A stretch of DNA of 64,000 nucleotides from NCBI RefSeq assembly GCF_028641065.1, contig NC_073386.1, positions 47,058,001 through 47,122,000 on the forward strand, written 5' to 3'. The notes under the pieces were generated by a model. The model was not told where the DNA came from. It saw only the letters and a list, made by a program, of their open reading frames with translations, and did no database searches. Positions 50,212 through 62,599 of this stretch are shown here, piece after piece. The translations under genes were made by a program, and so were the position numbers. Position 1 is the stretch's first letter. Each line of letters opens with the position of its first letter. The stretch comes from Leucoraja erinacea. Lineage: Eukaryota.

Positions 50212-50523
50212 GCAGCCAGTGGTGCAGTGGTAGAGTTGCTGCCTTACAGTGCCAGAGACCTGAGTTCCATCGTGACTATGGGTACTTGTCTGTACAGAGT
50301 TTGTACGTTCTCCCCATGACCTGTGTGGGTTTCCCCCAGAGGTTCCAGTTTCCTCCCACACTCCAAAGACATGCAGGTTTGTAATTTAATTGGCTTGGTA
50401 AAATTGTAAATTGTCCCTAGTATGTGTAGGATAGTGTGAGTGTGCAGGGATCGCTGGTTGGCACGGATTCGGAGGGCCTGTTTCTGTGCTGTATTTCTAA
50501 ACTAAACTAAACTAAACTAAACA
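50212..50523 (+). mobile_element. V-SINE (HE1-like)
   Basis: Same family; (CTAAA)n tail. Confidence 0.85.
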
Positions 50524-50814
50524 ATGCACATTTACCAGTGAACGAATATCTATGATAGAATTAGTTTAAACATGAAGTTAGAATCATAGTCATAGCATGG
50601 AAGCAGGACCTTCGGCCCAATTTTCACATGCTGACCAATGTGCCCCATCTACGCTAGTCCCAGCTACCCATGTTTGGCTGATATCCCTCTAAACCTTTCC
50701 TATCCATGTATCGTCCAAATGTCTTTTAAATGTTGTGAGAGTACCTGCTCAACTACCAGCAAGTTCCATATATCCCCTCTGGATGGAAAGTTTCTAAGCA
50801 CAAGTTTAAGTTTA

Positions 50815-52272
50815 AAGCACAAGGCATTGGGGGTTCAGTATTGATGTGGATAGAGTACCTGGCAAACAAAGCAAAGAGTACGGGCAACAATGGCCATGAT
50901 ATGGGGTACCGCAAGGATGCTGGGAAAGCTATTTACAATATATCATGAGGGAATTATCTCCAAGTTTGCGGATGATAAAGCTCTGTTCTATGAGGAGGAT
51001 GCTCTCTCTGGGTGAGTGGGCAAATGTTTGGCACTTAATGTGGATAACCCATTTTGGTGGCCAGACTATTATCTAAATGGTTCCGATTGGGAAAGGGGGA
51101 GATCCGAGACCTGGGTGTCGTGGTACACCAGTCAAAGGTAGGCATGGGTAATATGTTAGCTTTCATTGCAAAAGGATGTGAGTATAGGAGCAGGGAGGTT
51201 CACTGCCCTGTGAGACCACACCTGGATATTGCGTACCCTCCAAATCTGAGGAAGGACATCATGATTTTCCCTTGGTGAGTTTTAGAACATAGAATGGCTC
51301 ACCAGAGCAAAGGATGCTGCAGTGCACTGTGTGAAGAATGTTTTATGAAGAAAAAACAAGTTATGCTGATCCTTTGGATTCTTTGAGACCCGAGCTAAAA
51401 CAAAAGAAAGACAAACAGAGAGACAAAGAGAATAAAACAACCAGATTAGAGATGTTATGAACAGGGAGTTATCTAAATCTGGGGGTTACAAGAGAAGAAA
51501 ATACTGAGTTGCAAGAGCAATAATGTGAAATAATCGCAGGGACTGGTCTATATGTTTCATATTTCATTCCATTAAATCTTTTCTCTCTCACTTTAAAATT
51601 GCATAAAGGTTTGGGTAAAATGTGCACCAACCCTCATGATTTTCCTTGATGAGGGGAGATGGAGAGAGTGCAGGATGCAGATGTGAAGAATGTTTTAAAC
51701 GTGGACTGGTGAAAACTGGCAAGATTGGAAATCCACTTGTTTTGCCAAACTTCAGAGCAGATAGACAATGTAGCAGCGTAGGTTTACAAAAGGTTAATTC
51801 CCGGCATGGTGGGACTGTCATATGCTGAGAGAATGGAGCAGCTGGGCTTGTACACTCTGGAGTTTAGAAGGATGAGAGGATATCTCATTAAAAAAATATA
51901 TAAGATTGTTAAGGGCTTGGACACGCTAGAGGCTGGAAACATGTCCCTGATGTTGAAGCAGTCCAGAACCAGGGGCCACAGTTTAAGAATAAGGAGTAAG
52001 CCATTTAGTACGGAGACGAGGAAACACTTTTTCTCACAGAGAGCGGTGAGTCTGTGGAATTCTCTGCCTCAGAGGGCGGTGGAGGCCGGTTCTCTGGATG
52101 CTTTCAAGAGAGAGCTAGATAGGGCTCTTAAAAATAGCAGAGTCAGGGGATATGGGGAGAAGGCAGGAACGGGGTACTGATTGGGGATGATCCGACATGA
52201 TCACATTGAAAGGCGGTGCTGGCTCGAAGGACCAAATGACCTACTCCTGCACCTATTGTCTATTGTCTATTG
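50815..52272 (+). mobile_element. CR1 ORF2/3' end: micro-deleted part at 50815-51260, unrelated insert at ~51260-51770, intact part at 51770-52272
   Basis: ISKFADD remnant at 50955-50978; ORF 51806-52180 is the CR1 C-terminus. Confidence 0.8.
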
Positions 52273-53234
52273 TCTTTTCTTTTAAACAGATTTCCATCTA
52301 CTCGGCTGGCAGACAAAATGACGGCTCATTCAAGAAAATGAAGGGTGGGGTAGGAAGTTCAGAAATTCTGGCAGAGTGGAGAGAGGCTATCCAGGCAGGT
52401 GGGGAGAGGGCTGAGGAATGCTGGGGAGGAAGTGATATATGCAAACACAGCAGGAAGAGGCAGGGCCATCAGAGCCAGGATGGGTGGGGAGTGGTCATGG
52501 AGATGAGAGAGAGCACAGTTGTCAATGGGGAGATGATTTGGGAGAACTGTGGTTTTTTCCATCTGTTCCACAAGGATTGCTCTGTCTGCTCTCTCCTTGT
52601 CATTGTTGGGACTTCTACACAGCAGCAGCAAAGTTAAAACTATTCTCTAATGACATTGCAGAAGCCATTTTAAATAAGTTAGTGGAAGGACATACTGCTT
52701 CCACAATGTCTGCCTTTATATAAAGGTACTTGGCCACAACTTTACGCATTGGTAATAAGCCTCAGTAGGGTAAATTCAATTTCGAGCTTCATTCAATTCC
52801 TGCCGTCCTGATGGTTTACCAAAACATGCTCGAATGAATGACCCACATTGATATACTGTACAGAACTTATGATAAGTTAAGCAAGATTACATGTTGATGT
52901 CTCCCTTGAATAGACGTATTAAGCTGTCACAGATCGTGATGCTGGATACCAAATTAACAAAGAGAATTTGCACTTGGTGAAGAGTCAGCAATAAACAGGA
53001 TAAACTCCTATTCACAGTTGCTGACACATGGTGCAGCTGAAATTGTTGACCTTTTAATTTTACATGTTCTTAAATTTGCTGACCATTGACTTCAAAATGC
53101 TATTACATGTTCAAACCAAAGAACATTCGAAGGGTTTTTAGTCTTGAGGTTTAGCTTTGAACTTGACGATTAGTTGCCCATTGATTCTGTTTCTATTTTG
53201 TCACATACAGTCCTGAATGATGCACATTCTTAAT

Positions 53235-53578
53235 AAAGTTTGTCTTGGTGGTGCCAGACAAAGCGTAAAATTGCATCGCAGTAAACATTCTCTTTGTCAC
53301 TTTTTTGGCGAGACATGCTTCATAACCCAAAATTATCCGGCCCGCAGGTATATCTTTCTCTTCTTCTGAGGACCTCTGACATCCAGAATCCCAGAACAAG
53401 CGCATAGTGAGCGCGGCAAAACCACGACCAGCCGTGGCGGAAACCGACTGCCCCCCAAAACCCTCCCTCCCCTCCGCTCCACGGCCAATCACAGCACGGT
53501 TCATAGTCAAGATATGGGGCATTGAACAAAGCGCTGTGATTAGCCACCGAGGGAGAGAGAGGGAGAGAATCGGCCCCG

Positions 53579-53609
<31 letters not shown>

Positions 53610-53978
53610 TGGGGCGCAATGGGGGACACATCCCATACTTTTTGAGTTGGGGGATGGCCTGTATTATCCCCCAGTTTTTGGAGGGCGAGCAATAACAAAA
53701 AATAATAATTGTGCCACCCTCCCCCCGCTCAGTCACTCTGCTCCCTCACCGGGTCCCCCGAAGCCAGTGATCAGTGATCTCTCAGCCCACCCACTTTCAA
53801 AAACGCTCTGCGGCCCCTGTTCAGTACAGATACATTTTAATTTCACCCCTTTTACAGGGGTATGTTAAACACGTGATTAAATTGGTCCTTAACATGTTTC
53901 TCTACGCCGGGGCAGTGGGCGGCAGAGAGAGAAGTTCATGGACCTCACTCTACGTGCAAATGCTTGTTCCCTTTTTCC
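53235..53978. mobile_element. Unclassified CpG-rich repeat, probably a non-autonomous DNA transposon; contains (GA)n at ~53578-53603
   Basis: Abrupt CpG enrichment relative to flanks; only one plausible terminus; no paired TIR found. Confidence 0.4.
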
Positions 53979-54194
53979 AATTATGTCAAGTTCACAAACG
54001 CAAGCTTTATTAAAGCTTTAAAGCACTCCCTGGGTTGACTCAAGTTCACCTCCTCTTTGATTTTGTTTCAATAGAAAAAAAAGTACAGATAAAAGTTGTT
54101 AATAATTTACAATAGATTGAAAACTATTTAAAAATCTAAAGTAACTGGACTAACATACTGACACCAACCCTGGCTCTGAGGCTCAGCAGGGAAG

Positions 54195-54850
54195 GGTGAC
54201 GTCAGGCAGAGCCATAGTGACAGGTGACTTTATAGTTAGGGGTGTAGACAGGAGATTTTGTGACAGTAGCTGAGACTCCAGGGAGATGTGCTGCCTCCCT
54301 GGTGCCAGGGTCCAGGACATCTCTGAGTGGCTGCATGACATCCTCAAGAGGGAGTGGGAGCAGCCAGATATTGTTATGCATGTTGGCACAAACAATATAG
54401 GTACTGTAGATAGAGGAAGGAGGTTCTGCAACATGTGTATGGTTGGTTGCGGTGGCGCAGCGGTAGAGTTGCTGCCTTACAGCGCCTGCAGCGGCGGAGA
54501 CCTGGGTTCGATCATGACCACAGCTGCTGTCTGTATAGGGGTTTGTACATTCTCCCCGTGACCGCGTGGGTTTTCTCCTTGATCTTCGGTTTCCTTTCAC
54601 ACTCCAAAGGCGTACAGGTTTATATGTCAATTGGCTTGGTACAAGTGTAAATTGTCCCTACTGTGTGTAGGATAGCGTTAATGTGCGAGGATCATTGGTC
54701 GGTATGGACTCAGTGGGCCGAATGGCCTGTTTCCATGCTGTATCTCTCAACTAAACTAAACTGAACTATAGAGAATTAGGTAAATGGCTGAAAAGCAGGG
54801 GAGTGATTGCTTCCAGTGCCACATGCTTGTGAGGGTAAGAACAGAAAGAT
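54195..54850 (+). mobile_element. CR1 ORF1 SGNH-esterase fragment (split by a SINE)
   Basis: AIVTGDFIVRGVDRRFC...CCLPGARVQDIS..L..ILKREWEQPDIVMHVGTNNIG. Confidence 0.85.
54448..54767 (+). mobile_element. V-SINE (HE1-like) inserted into a CR1 ORF1 fragment
   Basis: Same family; CR1 ORF1 sequence resumes after it. Confidence 0.85.
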
Positions 54851-54854
54851 AGGG

Positions 54855-55810
54855 GATTAAAATGCCGTTTTCTCCTGCATGTCCGAGATATATTTTATAG
54901 GGCTGCCAACTGATGCTGAAAAATCGTTCCGACTTGCGTTCTCTGAAGTTTTTTTTTAAATCGTGGGGCAATTTAATTGTTGGAGTAAAATAAAAAAGTG
55001 ATTTCTAACGCCGTCAACGCCGACAACGGGACGGATCTCACGTAGTGGACAAAACATAAGGTAAGTCGTATATTTTACATATAAACTTGCTTCTTAGGAT
55101 GACTTTAATCAAAATTTCCTTGATGATAATGTGATTATGGCCCCATGCGAACCGGAAGTGTTTTTCCTGCCGATATGGGGTTCAAATTCACCGCAACCGC
55201 AACGTTCCAATCGATTGCTTTCCAAAAAAAACCACTCGCAAGATGATTAAAATGGCCATTAATTTACGGGAATTAAACATTAAATTCCTTCCATTTGGCC
55301 TATAAATTCATGACAATGAGATTTAAAAATCATGTTATATTGTGAATTCTGGTGTGAATGTTATTTCGACACTTAGGCTATTTAAAAATGTAATCTTTTC
55401 TTTAGAAATGGATAGATGTTTAGATCTAGTAATTGAATTTTGCAATTAGCTACAATTAGGTAACTAACTAATTATATACTTTAATTTCAGGTCATCCAAG
55501 TAAGATTGTTTCATATTTGTTTCAGAATGCTTCAATCTATAATAACTGAAAATTTATTTCAGTTCTCTTAATTTTTAAGAAATATAGGGCTTTTGACTGT
55601 CCTTGATCACAGCTTTTGTGTTAAGTCAATGGAAAAGCAATAGGGAACAAGATGCTAATTTCCAAGTATGAAAATGGCCATAACGTTTTTAATACTGAAG
55701 ATATGAAAGTGAATTAGGTGTCAAATTAAACTTCTTTTTAAGCTTTATCTAATGGAATAAATTGCAGACTTGATTTTTAAAATCTCAAAATGGTGTAACA
55801 TTGCTACTGA
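54855..55810. mobile_element. Probable DNA-transposon fragment (possibly Kolobok-like end)
   Basis: CpG-rich then AT-rich body ending ...GTAACATTGCTACT; left TIR not found. Confidence 0.35.
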
Positions 55811-56063
55811 AGGCTGAGTTGTAGTCAACGAATAGCATTCTGACGTAGGTGTTCTTATTGTCAAGGTGAATGTAGTGCAAGGGAGATACAACACCTCGTC
55901 CATAGACCTAGTTTTCCTGTGTGCAAATTGCTAGGGATCTAGATTGCCCAGGAGTCTGGCACAGATGTAGGCCATTACTAATCACTCTAAGCAAATAATT
56001 ATATTTGATATTAGAACTACTTCGTAGCTTGAACACAACATGCAGGCTGTATAGCAGGCGAAA

Positions 56064-56306
56064 TGTGTAGGAAGGAACTGCAGATGCTGGTTTAAACCGA
56101 AGATAGACACAAAAAGCTGGAGTAACAGTGGGATCGGCAGCATCTCTGGAAAGAAGGAATGGGTGACGTTTCAGGTCACAATTCTTCTTCAGACTGAAGA
56201 AGTCTGAAGTCTGAAGAAGGGTCTCGACCCAAAACGTCACCAATTCCTTCTCTCCAGAGATGCTGCCTCTCCGGCTGAGTTACTCCACCTTTTTGTGTCT
56301 ATCTTT
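56064..56306. mobile_element. Fold-back Penelope-tail element with opposed hammerhead motifs
   Basis: Inverted arms around ...TTCTTCAGACTGAAGAAGTCTGAAGTCTGAAGAAGGG...; flanking GG(C/T)TGTATAGCAGG duplication. Confidence 0.85.
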
Positions 56307-57099
56307 GGTTGTATAGCAGGGTTAGGTGAGTCAGGGGTGAGCCATGTTTCCATGAAACAAAGAACATCACAGTCCTGAACTCCCTTTGAAACAGCACAGT
56401 TGTTCAAGTTTGTTCTCAAGTGATTGAACGTTAGTTAGAAGTATGCAGGGGTGGGGAAGGACAAAATTCCTTTCATTTCAGCCACACCTGGAGTCCTCCC
56501 ACCTCCTACTGTATGGAACCGTATGCAGTACAGCACAGTATTTGACAACAGCTTTAACACCATGCAATTCTGGTCATTACATTACGAGAGAGGGCAAAGA
56601 GTAAATCTATGAGGAATTGTCAGCATAATGTTAGATAGTCTATGGTTGTTTCCTTTTGAACTGAAGAGGCTGAGGGAAGACTTGGTGGAGATAGGGCATG
56701 GATAGAATAAAGCAGCAGGGTTTGGTAGCGTCAAGGAAATTTCCATGTTTGTGTCCAAAATTTATCCACATGCAACCTTTACAGGGACCACGATTTTGTA
56801 ACACAAAAAACAGTTATTTTTTGGATGGAGAAGAGGTGAAGGGAGACTAAAGAGAAAAAGAGATAGGTTAAACTTACTCCTAGTTTCACTGCAGCAAAAC
56901 CTTAAACCTCGAAGCAAAAACTCCAGGTGTTTTGCTTCAACAGAAAGTTTAGCATCTCACAGTTAAAGTAATATGTCATCCTAGGTACAGGTAAGAAATT
57001 GGAGGGTGGGGTCTCCTTTGACAAGGGGGTTTGCCTTTTTGTTGAGGATTTAAAAACATGCGTCAAGATAATATTCTTGAGGGATTGTCTGTACAATTT

Positions 57100-57640
57100 G
57101 GATACAAGGAGTTGATCCCTTTGATGGGAATGCATTATAGACCCCCAGTAGTCGAGTATTCATGGAAGATTATAGCTTTGTTAATATTGACCAGATCACC
57201 CACAGTGCAAAGGGCTTGAACAAGGAAACATTTGTTAAATATGCCCAAGAAAGCTTTCTTCATCAATATCTCGAGGTCACTGGTAGGGAGAGTACTGCAC
57301 CAGACCTCGTCACAGGTAACTACGTAAGGCATGTGACTGAAATATCAGTGAGGGAGCACTTTGGGACCAATAAACATTATTCTGTTGGTTTTAACATAGT
57401 TATGGAGAAAGATGGGACTGGTCCGCGAGTGAAAATACTTAAATGGGACAAGGTCAATTTTGGAGGAATTAGGCTGGAACTTTCAGAGGATGACTGGGTG
57501 AGATTGTTTACAAGTAAAGGGGCATCTGGCAAGTATGAGTCTTTTAAAATGTAGACAACAAGAGCTCAGGGATAGTATGTTTGTCAAGTCTGGCAAGTTT
57601 AGGGAAACCTGGTTGACAAGAGATATTGAGGCTCTGTATC
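57100..57640 (+). mobile_element. CR1 ORF2 endonuclease C-terminal fragment
   Basis: FVKYAQESFLHQYLEVTGRESTAPDLV..N...V.EHFGTNKHYSVGF...ILKWDKVNF. Confidence 0.75.
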
Positions 57641-58672
57641 AGCTATCCATGCTGTACTATTACACAAGTTTAATAATTATTGTTGCACAAGTTGAACCTC
57701 AGGTTACAACATTGGTACTTAACATTTATCTCCAGAGAACAAAAATAATCTATCTTAAATGAATATTAAACATGCAGATCAGGCAGTGTCCTTGGCAAGG
57801 CAAACGGAGTTAAATGCTAGGGTCTGATGATCTTTCATCAGAAACATTGGCTCAGATTTTGGTGGTAAAGGCCAGCAAACAGCATTTCCACACATGAGAA
57901 GTCCGTAACATATTTGGCACATGTTAATAAGGAATATTTTTCTGTGTTGCGGAGCTGAATTCCCTGCTTCCAAATGCAGAGATCCATCTTGCAGTGATTC
58001 AACAATATTTATGGTGAGGAAATGTTTCTTTGATTCTGTACCAAGTATGGTCTGATGCAGGATTACGAAACCCTACAAAATCTCAGGGCAGGCGGGAGGG
58101 AGGAAGGGAGAGAGGGAGGCAAGCAGACAGCAAGTTTTATTGTCATATTTAGAATGTACTTGTTTTATATCTTCAGTTATTTAATGAATTTTCTAAGTAT
58201 TTAATTTTATTCATTATTTTTAATTAAGCTTAATACTTTTCAAATACTTTTCATTTCATTTTGGATATTATTTTATAAATTTTAAATTATCCAAGAGCTC
58301 CAGACACACTTAAAAACCCAGATACCTCTCACAGCTGCTAAAGTTATTGATGGAACCTAACCAGCTATCAATGCTGTCAGGACTGTCCTGGGCATGGGCT
58401 TTTTTCAGTGCCTCCTTGAGTTGTTGCCACTAGACTGTACCGCGGGAACCCAGGAGGCTACAAGCCAACAAAATTGACCTGCCGCATAGGGGGTGCTTGG
58501 GGTGGGTAGGCCAATGTCAGCAATATCTGGCACACCAACTTTTCTATGCACTGATGTTGCCTAATCTGCAAGTAGTTGGTGCATCTATGCCAGATTTCAA
58601 AATCCTCAGTATTTACAGCTTTTGGTCACCTTATATGGATGAGAACCAGTCACCAGATTTTGTATAAATTAA

Positions 58673-58881
58673 TAGGAAAGAACAGTAGATGCTGGTTTAA
58701 ATTGAAGATAGACACAAAATGCTGGAGTAACTCAGTGGGACAGGCAGCATCTCTGTAGAGAAGAAATGGGTGAAGTTTCGGGTCGAGTCTGAAGAAGGGC
58801 CTGGACCCGAAACGTCACCCATTCCTTCTCCCCAAAGATGCTGCCTGTCCTGCTGAGTTGCTCCAGCATTTTGTGTCTCTC
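58673..58881. mobile_element. Fold-back Penelope-tail element
   Basis: Inverted arms joined at the hammerhead; TSD TTTGTATAAAT (58659-58669, 58882-58892). Confidence 0.85.
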
Positions 58882-59299
58882 TTTGTATAAATGAAGCTGG
58901 TTAATATATTGCTTTCCCAACAAACGATGTGTTTTACTTTTCCTTGATAGCATATTGTGCACATATACCCAAAATAAAAATAATGAATCACTCAACCAAT
59001 GCCAGGGAGATAAATGACTTTTATATTAATCAAAACTATTTATTTATGATCCATTTCTTTGAGCATGGACCTTTTTTTTTGCAACAGTGACTGAGATTCA
59101 GGAACATCATAAACTGTTCAAAAGTCTTCAAATTGAAAATATCAGGGAAGTTATTTATAGGCTTAGACATTTTTATGAACACGAAGAAACAGACTTACAT
59201 CAAAATTAATTACATTAATACAAAGCGATCAACATAATTTATGTTTCTCTAGCAATGTACTCTCTGCTCAACAGCAGCGTCAGCTCTGGGTTGAGAATG

Positions 59300-59962
59300 C
59301 CTCCGTAACTCCCTGGTCAATTCGTTCCTTCCCACCCAAACCACCTCCTCCCCTGGTATTTTCCCTTGCAACCGCAGGAAATGCTACACTTGTCCTCCCC
59401 CCTCGATTCCATCCAAGGACCTAAACAATCTTTCCAGGTGAGGCAGAGGTTCACCTGCACCTCCTCCAACCTCATCTATTGCATCCGCTGTTCTAGGTGT
59501 CAACTGCTCTACATTGGTGAGACAAAGCGCAGGCTTGGCGATCGCTTTGCCCAACACCTCCGCTCAGTTCACATTAACCAACCTGATCTCCCAGTGGTTC
59601 AGCACTTCAACTCCCCCTCCCATTCTGAATCTTACCTTTCTGTCCTGGGCCTCCTCCACGGCCAGAGTGAGTCCCACCGCAAACTGGAGGAGCAGCACCT
59701 CATATTTTGCTTGGGTAGTTTACAGCCCAGTGGTATGAACATTGACTTCTCCAATTCCTTGCTTTCTCCCTCCTCCCCCTCCCCTTCCCAGCTCTCCCAC
59801 AGCCTACTGTCTCCGCTTCCTCCTGTCTTCTTCCCACCCCCCCCCCCCCCCCCAGCCCCACATCAGTCTGAAGAAGGGCCTCAACCCGAAGCATCACCTA
59901 CTCCTTCGCTCCATAGATGCTGCCTCACCCGCTGAGTTTCTCCAGCATTTTTGTCTACCTCC
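59300..59962 (+). mobile_element. Penelope-like element 3' fragment (GIY-YIG)
   Basis: ORF 59366-59935: FTCTSSNLIYCIRCSRCQLLYIGETKRRLGDRFAQHLRS...RKLEEQHLIFCLGSLQPSGMNIDF. Confidence 0.9.
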
Positions 59963-60004
59963 AATTTGTCCTAATCTGGTGTGGTAGGCGGCATAGTTCC
60001 AGCC

Positions 60005-60170
60005 AAATCTCCACAGAGATAGATAGATTCGTGAATAGTACGGGTATCAGGGGTTATGGGGAGAAGGCATGAGAATAGGGTTCGGAGGGAAAGATAGATC
60101 AGCCATGATTGAATGGCGGAGTAGACTTGATGGGCCTAATTCTGCTCCTAACGCTTATGAACTTATGTTT
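60005..60170 (+). mobile_element. CR1 3' tail
   Basis: GGTTATGGGGAGAAGGCA...GATCAGCCATGATTGAATGGCGG. Confidence 0.85.
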
Positions 60171-60924
60171 GATGCTAGGCATGTTATGATCTCAGTGGCT
60201 CTGACAACCAGGCCCCTTATGGCCCATTTTCCAAGGTAAAGTTGTGCATTTACATTTTATTTGTGATACTGCTCCCTAGCTCAGCCAGAAAGAGCAATGG
60301 ACAATGCAGCAGTCCAAACCTGCACTAACCTTTTTCATTCTGTTGAACAGATGTGTTAAAGTGGTGAGGAAATATTATGCTAACTCAATCCATCAAAATG
60401 ACAATTTGGAATTTATACTGCAATGACAACAGAAATAGGTATTGAAAAATCCCGCAAAACTCATAAAAATGTCTAAGCCTATAAATAACTTCCCTGATAT
60501 TTTCAATTTGAAGACTTTTGAACAGTTTATGATGTTCCTGAATCTCAGTCACTGTTGCAAAAAAAAGGGTCCATGCTCAAAGAAATGGATCATAAATAAA
60601 TAGTTTAGATTAATATAAAAATCATTTATCCAAAGAATAATAAACTTTTCTTTAGAAAGGAGTCAAGACAACCATCATTATTTTTCATTCATCAGTCAGT
60701 TCTTTGTTCTTGCAATAGTTTGAGAAGATTTGCTCATACTCATTCCCCTGGCCTTGCGCTACTGTTCATGCCAGGACCCCTGCCCAAAAACAGATTACTG
60801 GAGGAACTTTACCTGGTCAAGGAGCGTCTGTGGAGGGAATGCTCAGATGGCGTTTGGGTTGGGACCCTACTTCAATCTCTTCTTCAAACTTGTTTAAAAT
60901 TCCACAATTGGCAGTCACGGGTGT

Positions 60925-61310
60925 CTACAGTACTCCTCCCTACATGCCCGTCACTCATGCAGGTACTCTTGCCCGAATGGCTATTATTCACACCAGAGCT
61001 CCTGCCCCACAGAACCAGTACACTCATCGTGCTGCCCTTACTCACTCCCGTACTCCTGCTCCAGTAGCCATTCCCACACCAGAATTCCTACCTACGTGGT
61101 CATTGGTCACATCAGCACTTTTCCCCTGGTGGTGCCAGTACTCCTGCCCTGGTGGCAATTATTCACACCTGTATTTTTCCCAAGTGGACATTGCTCACAT
61201 CAGTACTCCTGCCCATATAACCATTACTCCGCAAGTATTCATGCCTGTTGCCATTCCTCCTGCCGGTACTCCTGACCAGGTGGCCATTACTCACACCAGT
61301 ACTCCAAACG
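60925..61310. repeat. Degenerate ~33-bp minisatellite (CCATTACTCACACCAGTACTCCTGCCCAGGTGG-like)
   Basis: Recurrent CAGTACTCCTGCC motif; one more unit appears after the CR1 insert at ~61708. Confidence 0.7.
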
Positions 61311-61324
61311 TCAGAGCCTTTGAC

Positions 61325-61700
61325 TGGAGTTTGGAAGGTTGAGGGGGACAATAATGAAAGGCATAGATAGAGTGGATGTGGAAAGGATGTTTTCACTGGT
61401 GGGAGAGTCTAGGACCAGAGGTCATAGCCACAGAATTAAAGGGTGCTCTTTTAGACAGGAGATGATGAGGAATATCTTTAGTCAGAGTGTAGTTAATCTG
61501 TGGAACTCATTGCCACAGAGGGCAGTGGAAGCCAAGTCAGTGGATATTTTTATGGCAGAGATAGACAAATTCTTGATTAGAACTTGGGTAATGGGGAGAA
61601 GGCAGGAAAATGGGATTAGGAGGCAGAGATCAGCCATGTTTAAACGGCGGAGTAGACTCGATGGGCTGAATGGCATAATTCTATTTCTATAACTTGTGAA
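61325..61700 (+). mobile_element. CR1 3' fragment inserted in a degenerate minisatellite
   Basis: ORF 61339-61692. Confidence 0.9.
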
Positions 61701-62044
61701 CGTGTGAACTCCTGCCCAGGAGCCCATCGCTGTAGTCGCACTCCTCGTCACGCATCCATTACTTGTGAACGTACCTCTGCCCACGTGACCATTGTTAATG
61801 CCTTGTCCTGGACCGTAAATGACAAGCAGTAACAGAGCAGCCGAAACCATGGCATGGTTGCTGATGTTGCAGGTTTGGATGTGACCGTTGTTCCCCAGTC
61901 ACGTGGCGTTGTCTGGTTACCGGTGAAGGTGGCCGTAGTTTGGAGGAGGAGCAGAACAGAGGTCCACTGGTGGAAAGTACTTCAGTAAGAACTCCAGTGC
62001 TGATTTGTGGGTCGGGGGATGCACATTGCTCTCTTGGGGAAATT

Positions 62045-62525
62045 CATGTTCGCAAGTTATAGGAGTAGAATTAGGCCATTCGGCCCAGTCTACTCCGCCA
62101 TTCAATCATGGCTGATCTCTGCCTCCTAATCCCATTTTCCTGCCTTCTCTCCATAACCCTTGACACCCATTCTAATCGTGGTTAAAAGAGCCCCAATACT
62201 GGTTCACAGTGGAATGGTCTCCTCCCTCTCCCCGCCCCCGAGTTGCGACCTTGGTTGGTCCAGGCGGCTTCCATTTTGGGAAACACTGGCCCAGTTTCTA
62301 AAAGTCAAATGTCACATAAGCTGACTTAAATTAGTATTAAATATGGCTCAAATTAGACTTTTCTGAATTCTTTACTTTAATAATTATTTCATGAGAAATA
62401 GGAGCAGAATTAGGCCATTCAGCCCATCGAGTCTGCTTCGCCATTCGATCATGGTTGATCTATTTATCTCTCTCAACCCCATTCTCCTGCCTTCTACATG
62501 TAACTTTTGTCCCTTACTAACCAAC
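62045..62525 (-). mobile_element. Two CR1 3' tails (62045-62178, 62390-62525)
   Basis: ATAGGAG.AGAATTAGGCCATTC...CCCCATTCTCCTGCC. Confidence 0.8.
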
Positions 62526-62599
62526 GTGTATTTATCCAATATACCATCAGTGTTGCTCTTCAGCAATGTTTTATAATTAAAATCAAAATCTCTACTTAT

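Larger units (their letters stand above)
59009..60630. repeat. 170-bp inverted duplication (59009-59178 vs 60461-60630)
   Basis: Direct comparison shows about 3 mismatches in 170 bp. Confidence 0.95.

Noticed and set aside
53193-53868. Overlapping 138-153 aa ORFs or a CpG island
   Set aside because: Low complexity with (GA)n and no recognisable domain; better explained as a repeat, though an unannotated promoter is not excluded.
54448-54540. tRNA gene (A/B boxes)
   Set aside because: It is the tRNA-derived head of a V-SINE, continuing into the V-domain and CTAAA tail.
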